From contig CM059432.1 of the NCBI GenBank assembly GCA_030390025.1, forward strand, positions 43,898,001 through 43,962,000: a DNA stretch of 64,000 nucleotides, read 5' to 3'. Positions 11,955 to 23,102 of the stretch are shown here, piece by piece (position 1 is the stretch's first letter; each line of letters starts with the position of its first letter). A program made the position numbers and the translations under genes. Source of the stretch: Squalus acanthias (taxonomy: Eukaryota). The notes beneath the pieces were generated by a model, which saw only the letters and a program-made list of their open reading frames with translations, searched no databases and was not told the DNA's origin.

Positions 11955-13300
11955 GGCTGTCCCCCATATTTCTGAAGCCTCCCTGGATGTCCTACTGGAG
12001 CCAGGAGCATGGTACTCTACTCTATCACTAACAGGAGCAACCCCAAAGCCACCGTCAGGCAGGCCTGAACAGAGGTAGCTGACAGGTTGAGTCTCAGCAG
12101 TATCACCCCTAGGACCTGGGTTGAATGTAAAAAGAGGTTTAATGACCTCACAAAAGCAGTAAGGGTGAATACAACTCTTTACCGGTCCTCCTCTCTCAAC
12201 AGCAACTCACAACTCTCCACTATGACCTCCCATCCATCACATCCTTCAACATACAATCACATCGGCACACTAAAACACCTTGCCTTATCATTCCAAACAC
12301 ACTCACCTCCTGTTCTGGACTCTTCACACCACACACGAACACCATTTTCTTCTCTATGGCAACCACTTGCCCAAGCACCAACTACTCCCACCACTCTTTC
12401 CTCATATCACATCACACATGCTTCACTTTACATTCATCGTCATTCCATCTTGCTTCTTCTACACCTCTGACCACTATGTGCGCAAGCTCCTCACATCTCC
12501 ACTCATCTTCTCAACAAACACTCACTAGCTCTCAACTTCTCTTTTTGTAGGATAAGACTGCTCATAATGTCAGGTAGAGGAACTGGATGGCTGGAGGTGT
12601 CCCAAACATTATTGCCCTCACAGGCAGAGCAAGAAGCCCTGGATATCACTGGCCCAGGCACGGTCATGAGCATTGATAAAGGAGAGGCTGGTGGCATACT
12701 CAAGTAGGGTGTCTGCATAGTTGTTGTATCTCTTCATTCAACTGAGCACATATACAGTGAGCTTAGCACCTTCAACTTGCATTCTCAAGACTGTCACTGA
12801 TCATGTCCAGCTTCTCTCTTCCATCCTAGCTCTTCTCTCTTTTCTCTTTCTTCCAAGGCCTTCTCAGCACAAGTGGCTCCTACAAAAGAACAGACCTCGG
12901 AGGAGGACAATCCCTCTGAGGTTGCATCATCAGGTGCTCCTCCTCTCCCAGGCACCAGGTCAGACGTTGGCACTCCGCTTGAGCTAGATAGTGAACAAGA
13001 GGAGTCTGCCCGTGGTGCAACACCCAGCACCAGTGGGTAGCAGCAGCTACTGGTGGCAGGTACAGCCTAGGAGTCACCTCGCCAGGAAAATACTCTCTCT
13101 CAGCTCTGCCAAGGATGACAGAGATGAGGACTTTGCAGGCCCAGCTATGATACAAAAACTGCTGGCCTCACACAAACAGCTTCATGAGCTATTGGAAGGC
13201 GTGCAAAGGAGTTTCACCACAATGGCTGAGATTGTGGAGGAGTCCACATCCAGCCTCTATGGTGTCAACTGGCCTCCGATGCCTCAGAGCCAGACTGCCT
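11955..13300 (+). pseudogene. Older Harbinger Myb/SANT gene remnant
   Basis: PRTWVECKKRFNDLTKAVR followed by a GTGAAT donor (~12165). Exon 2 follows TTTTTGTAG at 12551 (DKTAHN). Exon 3-like region 12860-13270. Contains stops and frameshifts. Confidence 0.75.
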
Positions 13301-13727
13301 CAGCCAGCCTCTCTCTCTTTAGTAAAAACAAGTACTGTACTTATAAATCATTTTCCTGTCAAAACTTAACTCAAAATCGGTTCTATAGATTGTGCGTTAG
13401 CTTGTTTTAAAAACATTTGGAGAAACAAACTTTAATGTCATAGCCCAAGAAAAGGCATGCTTCAGATTGTTGTACAAATGAGCTGTATTGATGCATACTG
13501 GGGAAACTCCACACTGCACATGCTTAGACTGCAGTGTAATGCAGGATATGGGATTTGCAGGCCGATGTGGTTGCTACCTCTCCAGCTGAAAGGGTAATTG
13601 CTCTGGGAAGAATATTAACTTCAAGTGTATACTTTTAACATAAGCTGAGTCCATCTAAATAACAACACTAATTAAGGTACTCAAAGATACAAATGACAAT
13701 TTTTATCATATAATTACGAAATGTGTA

Positions 13728-14054
13728 GGGGGAAAAATTTGTTCACACCTGAAAACAGCCGCACAGGGATCAATCCCTGCACGTGAATGGATAGGCTCAA
13801 GGCGCACCTACTATCTACTATTGATGGTGGCTGTCTCAGGGCAACCCAATATTCCAGAGGGACCCTCAAACAGGTATTGGGTCATTATTTGCATATTTGC
13901 ACAGGCCCTGGACTCCCATTTTTTTTGCCTATACTAATATGGCGGCGGCGTACATGGCTCATAATGAGCGTGCGCTTCCTGTCCACCATATTGGAGACCC
14001 AGGGGCTCGTTTAGTGCCTGACAAATGGGCGCGGTGCCATCTAAATTCTAGGCC
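13728..14054. mobile_element. Harbinger-type MITE, degenerate
   Basis: Ends GGGGGAAAAATT / GGCCTAGAATTT (reverse complement); flanks GTA/ATA. Confidence 0.55.
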
Positions 14055-14175
14055 ATAACGTCTTTATATTTTCATCACAATTTGAGCCCTAGATATTTGA
14101 CTTTGTCGGAAAGAAAATGGGTGGATGAAAGGTTTTGGAAAACGTTTTGAGTAATTTAATTGATTTAATTTCTGT

Positions 14176-14948
14176 GGGGGAAAAATTCAGCTGCTTGCGC
14201 CTCCCGTTAGCGCCTTAAGAGGGCGCTAATGGGGCGTAAAGCAGCTAACGCCCGGGCGCAGCGCCGCCCACGCCTCCCGAAAAATTTAGTGGGAGGTTAG
14301 CGGCGGCGGCAGCCGGTAGCGCCCTGTGGCGCTGCGCCGCCGGCGATGACGTCATCGCCGTGCGCAGCACCCCGCTCGCGCCCCGGCCGTGATCTTCAGT
14401 CGCGCCCCCTGATTTACCGCCAGACGCTATGTCCGACGGGTTCAGGGAGGCGTACGTGCGGCCGGGGCGGCGATATTTAAAGGGGAGGTGGCAGGCGGCC
14501 ATTTTTGTTGCTGGCCGCCTGCCAGCAGCTGCCCTCGTTGCTGTCCCCGGCCCCCGTGAAGCCCCCCCACCGTGAAGTGCCGGCTGCGCTCCAAGAGCCC
14601 GGCACTTCTCTTGAGTGCCGGGCTCTTTTGCCGGCACTCCCGATCCCTGGGGGCCCAGCTGGGCCCCGGTTCGCGCTGCGCAGGGTCCCTCCCCTTTAAG
14701 AAGGGGAGGAAGGCCTGCAATACCGCGGCGCGACGTGCCGCAGCGCGTGGCGCTGCGGCACGTAGCGCCAGGATATTCACTCGCAGCGCCCCAAGAGGGA
14801 TGCGGGGTGCTTCCAGTGGCGCCCCGCTTCCCTCTTGGGGCGCAACCACTGAAGTTCCGGCACGGGGCCGCTAATTTTTTCGGGGCGCTAAAAGTCGCGC
14901 CCCGGCGAGGTTAGCGCCCCAAATGGGGCGCGACTCAATTTTTACCCC
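14176..14948 (+). mobile_element. CpG-rich non-autonomous Harbinger related to the 39538-43790 element
   Basis: TIRs GGGGGAAAAATT / GGGGTAAAAATT and TSD TGT/TGT. First ~90 bp and last ~35 bp closely match the ends of 39538-43790. Confidence 0.9.
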
Positions 14949-16102
14949 TGTATGTTTACTGGTGGATTTCATCACTTCTTACAATTACAGAGTTCTGATA
15001 TGTTGCTGCCAAAAACATTTTGTAATGTACAATGTATTATTCTGTTGCTAAAGTGTGTGTCTCTTTAAGGCTACAAAATCTAACTGATGTTAATGTAATA
15101 CTAGGTTAGTTCATTCAAAGGTTAATTATTATTATTAGAATGTTTATTTCGTGAAAAATTCATGTAAGAGACTGCAGATATTGTGTTATAGTATTTTGTG
15201 TTCTTGGATAGTTTTCATGTTCAATGCAAATTACTTCCTTTGATTATATTTTTTAAATGGGATGCAGAAATTTGCATTAGACAGGGTGTGTTGTCTGAAA
15301 TGCAACAGACAGGAAGTGAGTACATGCATAACGTTTTTATAACATTGTAGAAAGATTACACATTGTAAATAGATTAATGATTTGAATGAGTGTAGGGTAA
15401 GAAAGTTGCAGATGATACTAAATAGCAGTGTAAAATAATTAATATGAGAGCGTAGGATCATGGATTAAATTAGGCCCTCTTAGAATATGCTTTAATTCAT
15501 CCAGAAGAACACCCATTCCTATATAAAGTCAGTTTTGTGGTCTTTTTGTGATTCAGTGCCAAGCTGTAGCTGCAGTTCTGTATCTACTAGGAACTCAATG
15601 GAGACTCACCAAACTCCTTTCACTTCAGAATCTTGCAGAGAGGAGACTTTCATCCTGTGAGTCTGGGATGAAATCAGAGTCGAGTCTCAGAGGTGAAAGG
15701 AAAACATTTAAGTTTGCTGTAACATCCAATCCCTCATCATCAGGATTTTACAGTCTCACATGTTCTCGAGGTTTTTGCACCTGTGCTCTTTAGAATGGAT
15801 GTTCATGCTAATGAGGCTGCACTTGAGAAACACAAAAGAAAGGATGTAATCAAATTGAAGACACTGTGGGCCAAAGGCTCCAAAAAGGCATACTAAGCAA
15901 ATAAAATTATCTGCAAGAGAAAATGTGGACTACAGCACATATTTTAATTACTTTGTTACTCAAAATAAAAATCTTAGTTAATATTAGAATTTCTTATATT
16001 TGCTCAAATATTAGAATTACTTTATTAAATTGCTTAATAACCAAGATAGTTATACCTGGTCAGCATCACTGGAACATATATTTGAATGAAACTATCACCG
16101 GC

Positions 16103-16215
16103 AACAACAACAACTTGCATTGATATAGCACCTTTAACGCAGTAAAACATCCCAGGGCGCTTCACCAAGCCACATAAGGAGATATTAGGAAGGTAGTCAA
16201 AGAGGTAAGTTTTAA
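16103..16215 (-). mobile_element. L2-type LINE 3' tail fragment
   Basis: (CAA)n followed by CTTGCATTGATATAGCACCTTTAA; shares CCACATAAGGA...GTCAAAGAGGTA with 50700-50760. Confidence 0.65.
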
Positions 16216-16599
16216 TATGCAAACCACACATACAATGACCGTTTTGCCCGAGTCGCCAGCAGTGCGCTCCGAGACCCATTGCCCATTCCGGTAAACTTCC
16301 GCCGAAAGTGGGAGGGTTGGGAACCCTATTTATGTAGCTGTATCCTTCATGCCTCTTTCAATTCCTCTTCATCCTGCTCCTGTTCTGCCTCCATTATAAG
16401 GACATCTATGAGAATGACCAGAGGAAACCCCATTGTAAGGGCTCTGTCACAGAAGGGTGGGAGGCAAAAGATTTCTCTGCCTGAAACTGCTGAAAGGCAG
16501 CTTTCAGAATACATTTTTTTAGTTGCACAGCTAAGAAAGCATTTTTTTGAATTGCTTTAGTCAAACTGTGGATGCAGACAAAGCTCGTAGACATTCAAA

Positions 16600-16727
16600 G
16601 GGACAGAAATTCATCTCGGGCGTTGGCGCAGAATTGCAATGGAAGCGAATGTCCGGCGTTGCGTCTAACGGGCGGCCGATCCGATACCGCCCGTTTTGCA
16701 CCACCGCCCGAGACGAATTTCTAGGCC
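16600..16727. mobile_element. 128-bp Harbinger-type MITE
   Basis: ~34-bp imperfect TIRs (GGGACAGAAATTCATCTCGGGCG / GGCCTAGAAATTCGTCTCGGGCG); TSD AAA/AAA. Confidence 0.85.
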
Positions 16728-16931
16728 AAAGTCTGTGAACTCAACCACTTCCTGGTTGGACAGGTAATGCAGGTAACTTACCCCTCTTTACAAGTTTAAG
16801 TCAGCTGCAATTCTAGTGGAAATGGTGGAATTTCTTGAACTGCAGCTTTGGCACTCATTATCCTGTCATTTGCATTTATGCACCACTTTGGGGTGGACAC
16901 ATCGTCCAGCAGACAATAATACTAAAATTTA

Positions 16932-17083
16932 GGGCGTAACTTTGACCTAACCCACCCAGCGGGCAACAGAGCGGATTCAGGTTGGATGCCCGTTTTACAC
17001 CCCATCCCATTTTACTCTCTATTGGGGCATCCGATCCAAAACAGCCCCATTCTCGCCAGGTACAATAAGTTAAAATCAGGGCC
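16932..17083. mobile_element. Degenerate MITE
   Basis: Ends GGGCGTAACTTTGACCT / GGCCCTGATTTTAACTT; flanks TTA/TTG. Confidence 0.45.
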
Positions 17084-17619
17084 TTGGAGTATATTTAAAA
17101 ATGGATGTATCTGACTTACAGCCCAAATTCTGACCTGCTGTGCCAGAACTACACCACTTTTACACCAACTAAAATTGAAATTTCATGCCTCTAGGTCATA
17201 GCTATCATGCTTAATGTGTGTTGAATTGATTTATGTCTGCAAGGGAAAAAAGTGATAACCTGCTTGCAGGTATTTAGCTGTTTTTATTTATTTGATAATC
17301 CAGAATTTTCATATTTTTTTTCTTTATTTGCTTTTAAGAATTATTCATAGGATTGAGTCAGTGTTTTACTTAATTTTCTACATATATTTTCTTTCCTACT
17401 CCCCTCTCGCAGTGTTCTTCCCTCCTCTCCTCAAGATACTGACTCATGTGATATGGTACAGCCATCGGTCACCTTTCAGTACCTTATCCAAATGGCTCTT
17501 CTTGTCCAAGACTAGATCAGCGAATGGCACTGAGTTTTGATGGTGGAGGTGATCCTGATTCTGTCTTCACTACATTCACGTATATGCATTTTCTAGCAGC
17601 AACACTGGATAATGACCAG

Positions 17620-19379
17620 CGGAGGCGGGATCGCGGCGGGAGAGGTGGTTGGTGGGTTCCGGTCCCGCTCCCGGCTGCAGCCGCTCTGTGAAAAGGATGA
17701 TCAGTTAATAGGGCTTGTTAATCCCGCACTGCGGGGTTCCCAGCCAATTAAAAGGAAGCGGGTCTGATGACATCATTTGATGACTCGTCATCAACCAGTT
17801 TCCTTAAAGGGACCATGGCCGCATTCATTTTGACAGTTGTGCTGTCGGTATTCTGCAGCATTGAGGTGCTGTAAACACTGACAATCACTGCACAAAGGTG
17901 AACGGCTGCACCCAGGCTCACGCATGACTCCCTCCATATGCTTATGGAGGGAGTCACAGAACACAGGGAGTTTCTCTTCCCTTCCAAGGGTGGAAGAGAC
18001 CTCCCCAGGACACCAACGCAGCCTGGTTGCACATTGCACAGGAGGACAAAAGCAGGGATGTCATCAGGAGTACCTGGCTGCAGTGGCGCAAACCTTTCAA
18101 TGATCTCAGTAGATCACGAAACATTACTGCAAAGCCGCACTCAACCTCATCCTACTGTGCCACTCATCACATCCCCATAACTTTGTCTTCCCTACCCTAC
18201 GCCTGCACATCCTTACTCACAACAACTTACCTTGCACCTCCACCCATCCCTCTCTATCTACATTATCACTTCTCCATCTCACTAGCCACCCCTCACACTC
18301 ACCCTCATACTAGTGCAATCATACCAACTAACAACAAACAAGGATAGGCAGTTGGGTGTTTTATGCTATGTTCATGTAAATTTTTTGTTAATGTGTTGTC
18401 AAACATTGAAATATTTAATTTTAACACTTTGCCTTATTGTACAGATCTGTGCTCACCTTTGGAAGTGTCTTAGTGAGTTGCAGTGAATGGTGAGACATAA
18501 CAGTATACCCCGCAATGGTGATGAGTGTGAAAGGAATGGCTTGGGCATTGTAGGAATGCTTTATGGTGCTGGTGTGGGGTGATGTTAACCTGGTGCATCA
18601 TGTGGCAGCCAGGGTGTACAGCGTCAAGTGAAGTAATTCTGGCCATGGTGATGCCATCACTGGCCTCCCGGACAGCAATGTTGTTGGGTGCTGATGCCCT
18701 GTGTCCTGTGCAGCATCAGATGATTGCGGAGAAGGTTGGTATTGTTGTTGGTGATGTTGGTGTGCCTGGTGATGTTGGTGTTGGGGCCGATTGTGGAGGG
18801 ATTCAGAGGACCAAGGTGAGATTTTTTCAAGGGCACCGATGTTGCTGGAATAGATGGCAGCTGAAGTTGAGATGACAGAGGTGATCTGTCAATGGTGAGA
18901 GAGGTTGTTCCAATGAGGTGATAGTGGATAGAGAGTTTACTCCAAACACTTCCAAACTGCATACAGCTCAAAAGTGTCTTCCAAGTCATGAAGGCTCAAG
19001 CTTCTGACATTGGAAAGTGACCAGCTGTGAAATGGTAGCTTTCATACCACTTTTGCAGCTGTCACCTATTCACAGCAATGGGGAGACATAGAGAACCCAA
19101 CCTACTTGCCTGACATGATCTCCGAACAACGTGAACCCCATTAAAAATGTGGTAAAATAGAAAAAGGCGGGCAAAATAGTAGTAAACAAGCACTTAACAA
19201 GCATTTAAGTATCTAAAATGTCTCCCCCGCTGCTTGGTGTCGGGTCTGTTCCGAAATCGCAGACCCGACACTTTTGAAACTTACATGGAGGCGGGGTCCC
19301 AACCCGCTGTCAATCATTTCGATTTTGACAGCGGCCCCACCTCCAAACCCGTACTTTGACCGCCGGCACAATTCAGCCC
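17620..19379. mobile_element. Internally deleted non-autonomous Harbinger (~1.8 kb), same family as 54126-59940 in the opposite orientation
   Basis: Colinear reverse-complement match to 54126-55455 plus 59535-59920. Retains Myb exon 1 (+, HDSLHMLMEGV...WLQWRKPFNDL) and transposase fragments (-). Right end GGGCTGAATT; left TIR missing. Confidence 0.85.
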
Positions 19380-20289
19380 CATGAGTGGGAACCCTAGCTG
19401 ATATTCCCCTCCATAATCTAATGATACTGAGGCCAATTGTTTCACAGCCACTTAAAATTGTATATGTTAAATAACTAGATCACAGAAGCATATTCAGGGA
19501 TTCTTTGTTTATTTTAAATTATTCAAGATATTTAATCTTTTTTAATTTCCAGGACATTGTTTTTAAAATTTCCCAAGCTTAATTATTATTTCAGGTATTT
19601 TCCATAATTGCCCAGGATGTTTTACTTCATGCAGCTTCTCAGGATTTATTCTTGAGATTTTTTAGATCATATTCCAGTTGCAATTAAACGAAGTCAATCC
19701 AGCAAAAGATGTAGCTTCACCTTTTCTCCGGGTTAGTGTACTTGTGCACTAAATGAATCAAGAAGGTCCCAGGTTTAATCTTCGGTATCTACTATTTGTT
19801 TGAGCAATGGAAGAGAAAGTAAATTTACATGTTCGGAGTTATTTGCTTATCAGGTAAGTCTGCGAGCAGGTGGGCTATTGATTCCAGCTATCTTATGACA
19901 ATAAAGTGTCTTACACAGCTGGTCTTGGAGCCCTGTCCTGTACCTTGGCGATCAATGCCAGCATGCTTTTTGCACAATCAAATCCTTTGTCCAAGGTTGC
20001 TTGTGTCAGGAAAACTCAAGAGACAAAGAGGATTCCAGCTAAAATCACTTGTCTTTGTTGATGCTAGCGCTCAGTCACACTGAAAGACAGACTTTGATTT
20101 CCTTTTTGTTCTCCCTCCTGAAAATCTATGATGAGTAAAATGTAAAGACCATTTCTGCCCTTTACTCTCCAATGTGGAGAATAACGCATCTTTAATCTCT
20201 TTAGTTCTGTGACTAATTATATACACTCCTCTGTGAGGAAAACACAAGGTCGGAAGCTCCTCTCTTCCAATCCTTTTTGCTGGCAACTG

Positions 20290-20505
20290 GCATATTAACC
20301 ATCACTACCAATAACAGCAGTGGCTGCACCTCAAATAGAAAGAAAGACTTGCATTTATATAGCGCCTTTCACAACCTCAGGACGTCCCAAAGCGCTTTAC
20401 AGCCAATAAAGTACTTTAGAAGTGTAGTCACTATTGTAATGTAGGAAGTGCTTTGTGATATCCTGTGGATGTGATAAGGTGCTAAATAAGTGCAAGCTCT
20501 TTCTT
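20290..20505. mobile_element. Two L2-tailed SINE 3' fragments in opposite orientation, one inside the other
   Basis: AAAGACTTGCATTTATATAGCGCCTTTCAC (20340-20447, minus) faces GTGATAAGGTGCTAAATAAGTGCAAGCTCTTTCTT (plus). Confidence 0.6.
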
Positions 20506-20735
20506 TTAGCCACAAACTAAAATAGATCAGGGAAAGATAGGTAAAAGTACAGCAGGGGGAGTTTGCATTCTGTTAACATACACATATGGCTGAATGACCA
20601 TGGTGGGAAGACTGAAAAGAGAGTCAGTTGCATGTCTAACCTAAGTGCGTGTAAGAGAAATGGAGAAACACATTCCATCATCTAATATTTAAATAGAATG
20701 ATGTACTATTAGAAGCTGAGGGACTTTAAGTTAAT

Positions 20736-21256
20736 GGGATGGAAATTGGTTATGGCCCGTATTGGGAGCACACTGGGAGGCCTGATGCTGGCCCGAAATT
20801 GGTCCTCGGGCTTCATCAAAAGCAAAGCCCAAAGGTGAATTGGAGAGGCAATGGTGGGGGGTGGGGGGGGGAGCATTCATGAGGACTGTGGAGTCGGGAT
20901 GCACTCTTGCCTCCTGGATCCACAACAATGCTTTTTCAAAAAAATTTAAATTGAAACTTACCTGTTGGTGGCGACCGCTGCTGAGGCCACAGCATCTGCT
21001 TAAGGATCCTAAGCAGAGCAGGCCCAGCACCTGCTCCACTCATCGGAAACAAATTTCCCAGAGGGGTCCTTTAACAGGCAATAGGCCCTTCATTAAGATA
21101 TGCAAGCCTAACGCTTCTTTTAGACAGTTATGCAGCACGGCTAAAATATTTAGCAGTGGCCCAAATGCCACCACATTTTGGGCATGGGCCATCCCACTGC
21201 TAAATTTGTCATCATTATGCCCAAAAAACAGGACAAACACATACCAATTTCTACCC
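20736..21256. mobile_element. Harbinger-type MITE
   Basis: Ends GGGATGGAAATTGGT / GGGTAGAAATTGGT; TSD AAT/AAT. Internal similarity to 34078-34711. Confidence 0.7.
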
Positions 21257-21522
21257 AATGAAAACAAAGTGAACAACCCAAACATCCATTTGGTATCTAT
21301 ATTATTCTTGTGCCATGTAAAATTTCCTGATATACTTTTATCCTGATATTGGTCACTTTTTCTACTTTCAGAAGGCCATACTTCCTTATTCAACCATATG
21401 TGTAACAGCACAGTTGATTTCTTATTCAAAGGTCACCCTGTACTTAGCTGTTTTTGTGCAGTGAAATAGGGCAAAGGAAGTTTTCCTACCAGTAAGGCTA
21501 CTCTACCTCCACAAGACACTAT

Positions 21523-22529
21523 GGACTGGATTTTCTTCATTAGCAGATTTATCACTTGACTGTCGTTATACCATCAAGAACCAGTCCCATTTTCCTTAGT
21601 GTACCCTTATTACATGGTAGGTTCCAAACTCATTTATTCTCCCTCAGGGTAGAGCACCCTTCTCAAGCATTTCTGAGGATCGTGGTGAAGTAGCTCTCCT
21701 GGATCAGCAGACGGAGACATCTGGATACTAGTGGGCAGAGGTCAGAAGCCACTTACAGTGCCTGGGATTTCTCTGATGGTCCTCCTGATTCTTCCCTTCT
21801 TCCTGCTCAAAGCAGAGAATCAGGCAGAGGTTTAAAAATAATTAATTTTTTCCCCCAAGGTGCAAGATTAAACTTAATAATCACTGTTAAAAAAAACTTT
21901 AAAATACTTAACAAAATTCTTAAATGTGCCTTTGACATATTTAAAATATTTTTTTTTAAACTTACAAAACTCTCAAAAATGTCTTAAATAGACTTAACTA
22001 TTGTTGTCAAAACTTTACATTACATCACTTCCCTTCAGGCTGCTTTGAATGCCTTCTGGCCTTCAAAGATGGAGGGCTGGATTTTCATAGGGCCGTGGAG
22101 GCGGGTTTGGAGGCGTGTGTGGGGTTAAAATTGCGAAAAGTGGCGGGCGGACCTGATCCCGCCTCCATTCCGCCTCCACGCAATTTTGATAAAATCGTGT
22201 GCGGTGTTCCCGACTCTGTCCCGCCTCCAAGAGGCGGGAGAGGCCATTAAAGCCCTTAACAAGCCCTAAATTGGCTCTGTAATGCCATTTTGAAACGTTT
22301 TAGCTAGTTTAACCCTTTTCCGACATGAAGCACGCCTGATGTGAAACACGCCAGTGAAACCTGGCGGGAGCACAAGTGGATAGCTGACTATCAGCTGCAG
22401 GTCCACTATTACAACGGAGATGTGATGAAGGTAGTAGTAGTAGGTCTGAAAGTCGCCTCTGATGCTGCTGCATTGAATGTCTTCAGAGACTGCCTGGCCT
22501 TTGCTGTGAGAGGACCTGGATGCAAAAGA

Positions 22530-22565
<36 letters not shown>

Positions 22566-23102
22566 TGCTGCTCATTTTGCATCCAGGTCCACTCACAGCA
22601 AAGGCCAGGCAGTCTCTGAAGACCTTCAATGCAGCAGCAATGATGACATCATCAGAGGCGACTTTTAGACTGAAACCACTAATTGGTTCATGGGTTCCCA
22701 CATGCTGGAACTCAATTGCCCGATTAGGTGAAAATTGCATCAATCTCCCACATCCAATTGCAGTCGGGTGGATAACACGAAATGCAGATGACACGACCCC
22801 AACCCGCCCCAGTATCAAAATCCAGCCCGGAGTCTCCCTCCCTAGGGCGTTCTTCCTGCTGCCGGCCACTAGATGGTCCGAGAGGGAAATTTTGCTCCAC
22901 TTGAAACCTCTCATCATTATTTACATGTGGTGGGGCAAGGATGCAGCGGGTGAAGCTGCCTGCATCCAGCGAGGCTGGAGGGAAATCTTGCCGGTAATAT
23001 ATTACACTGGAGATCTGGTGTTGGGCCTTAAAGACCTATTTTCCTGGTTGGCAGTCTGAGTATGTCTGAAAATGGGCAGCTAAATGGAGGCAAATCCAGG
23101 CC
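21523..23102. mobile_element. Older Harbinger-type non-autonomous element hosting 22074-22828
   Basis: Ends GGACTGGATTTT / GGCCTGGATTTG; flanks TAT/TTT. Confidence 0.55.
22074..22828. mobile_element. Non-autonomous Harbinger with an internal fold-back
   Basis: Perfect 12-bp TIR GGGCTGGATTTT; TSD GGA/GGA. Right ~200 bp homologous to 30680-30888. Confidence 0.9.

Noticed and set aside
14245..14914. Overlapping GC-rich ORFs
   Set aside because: Inside a CpG-rich MITE with low stop frequency; no domain recognised.
16330..16500. Host exon encoding MGFPLVILIDVLIMEAEQEQDEEELKEA
   Set aside because: Short, ends in a stop, and resembles a Harbinger transposase N-terminus next to MITE debris.
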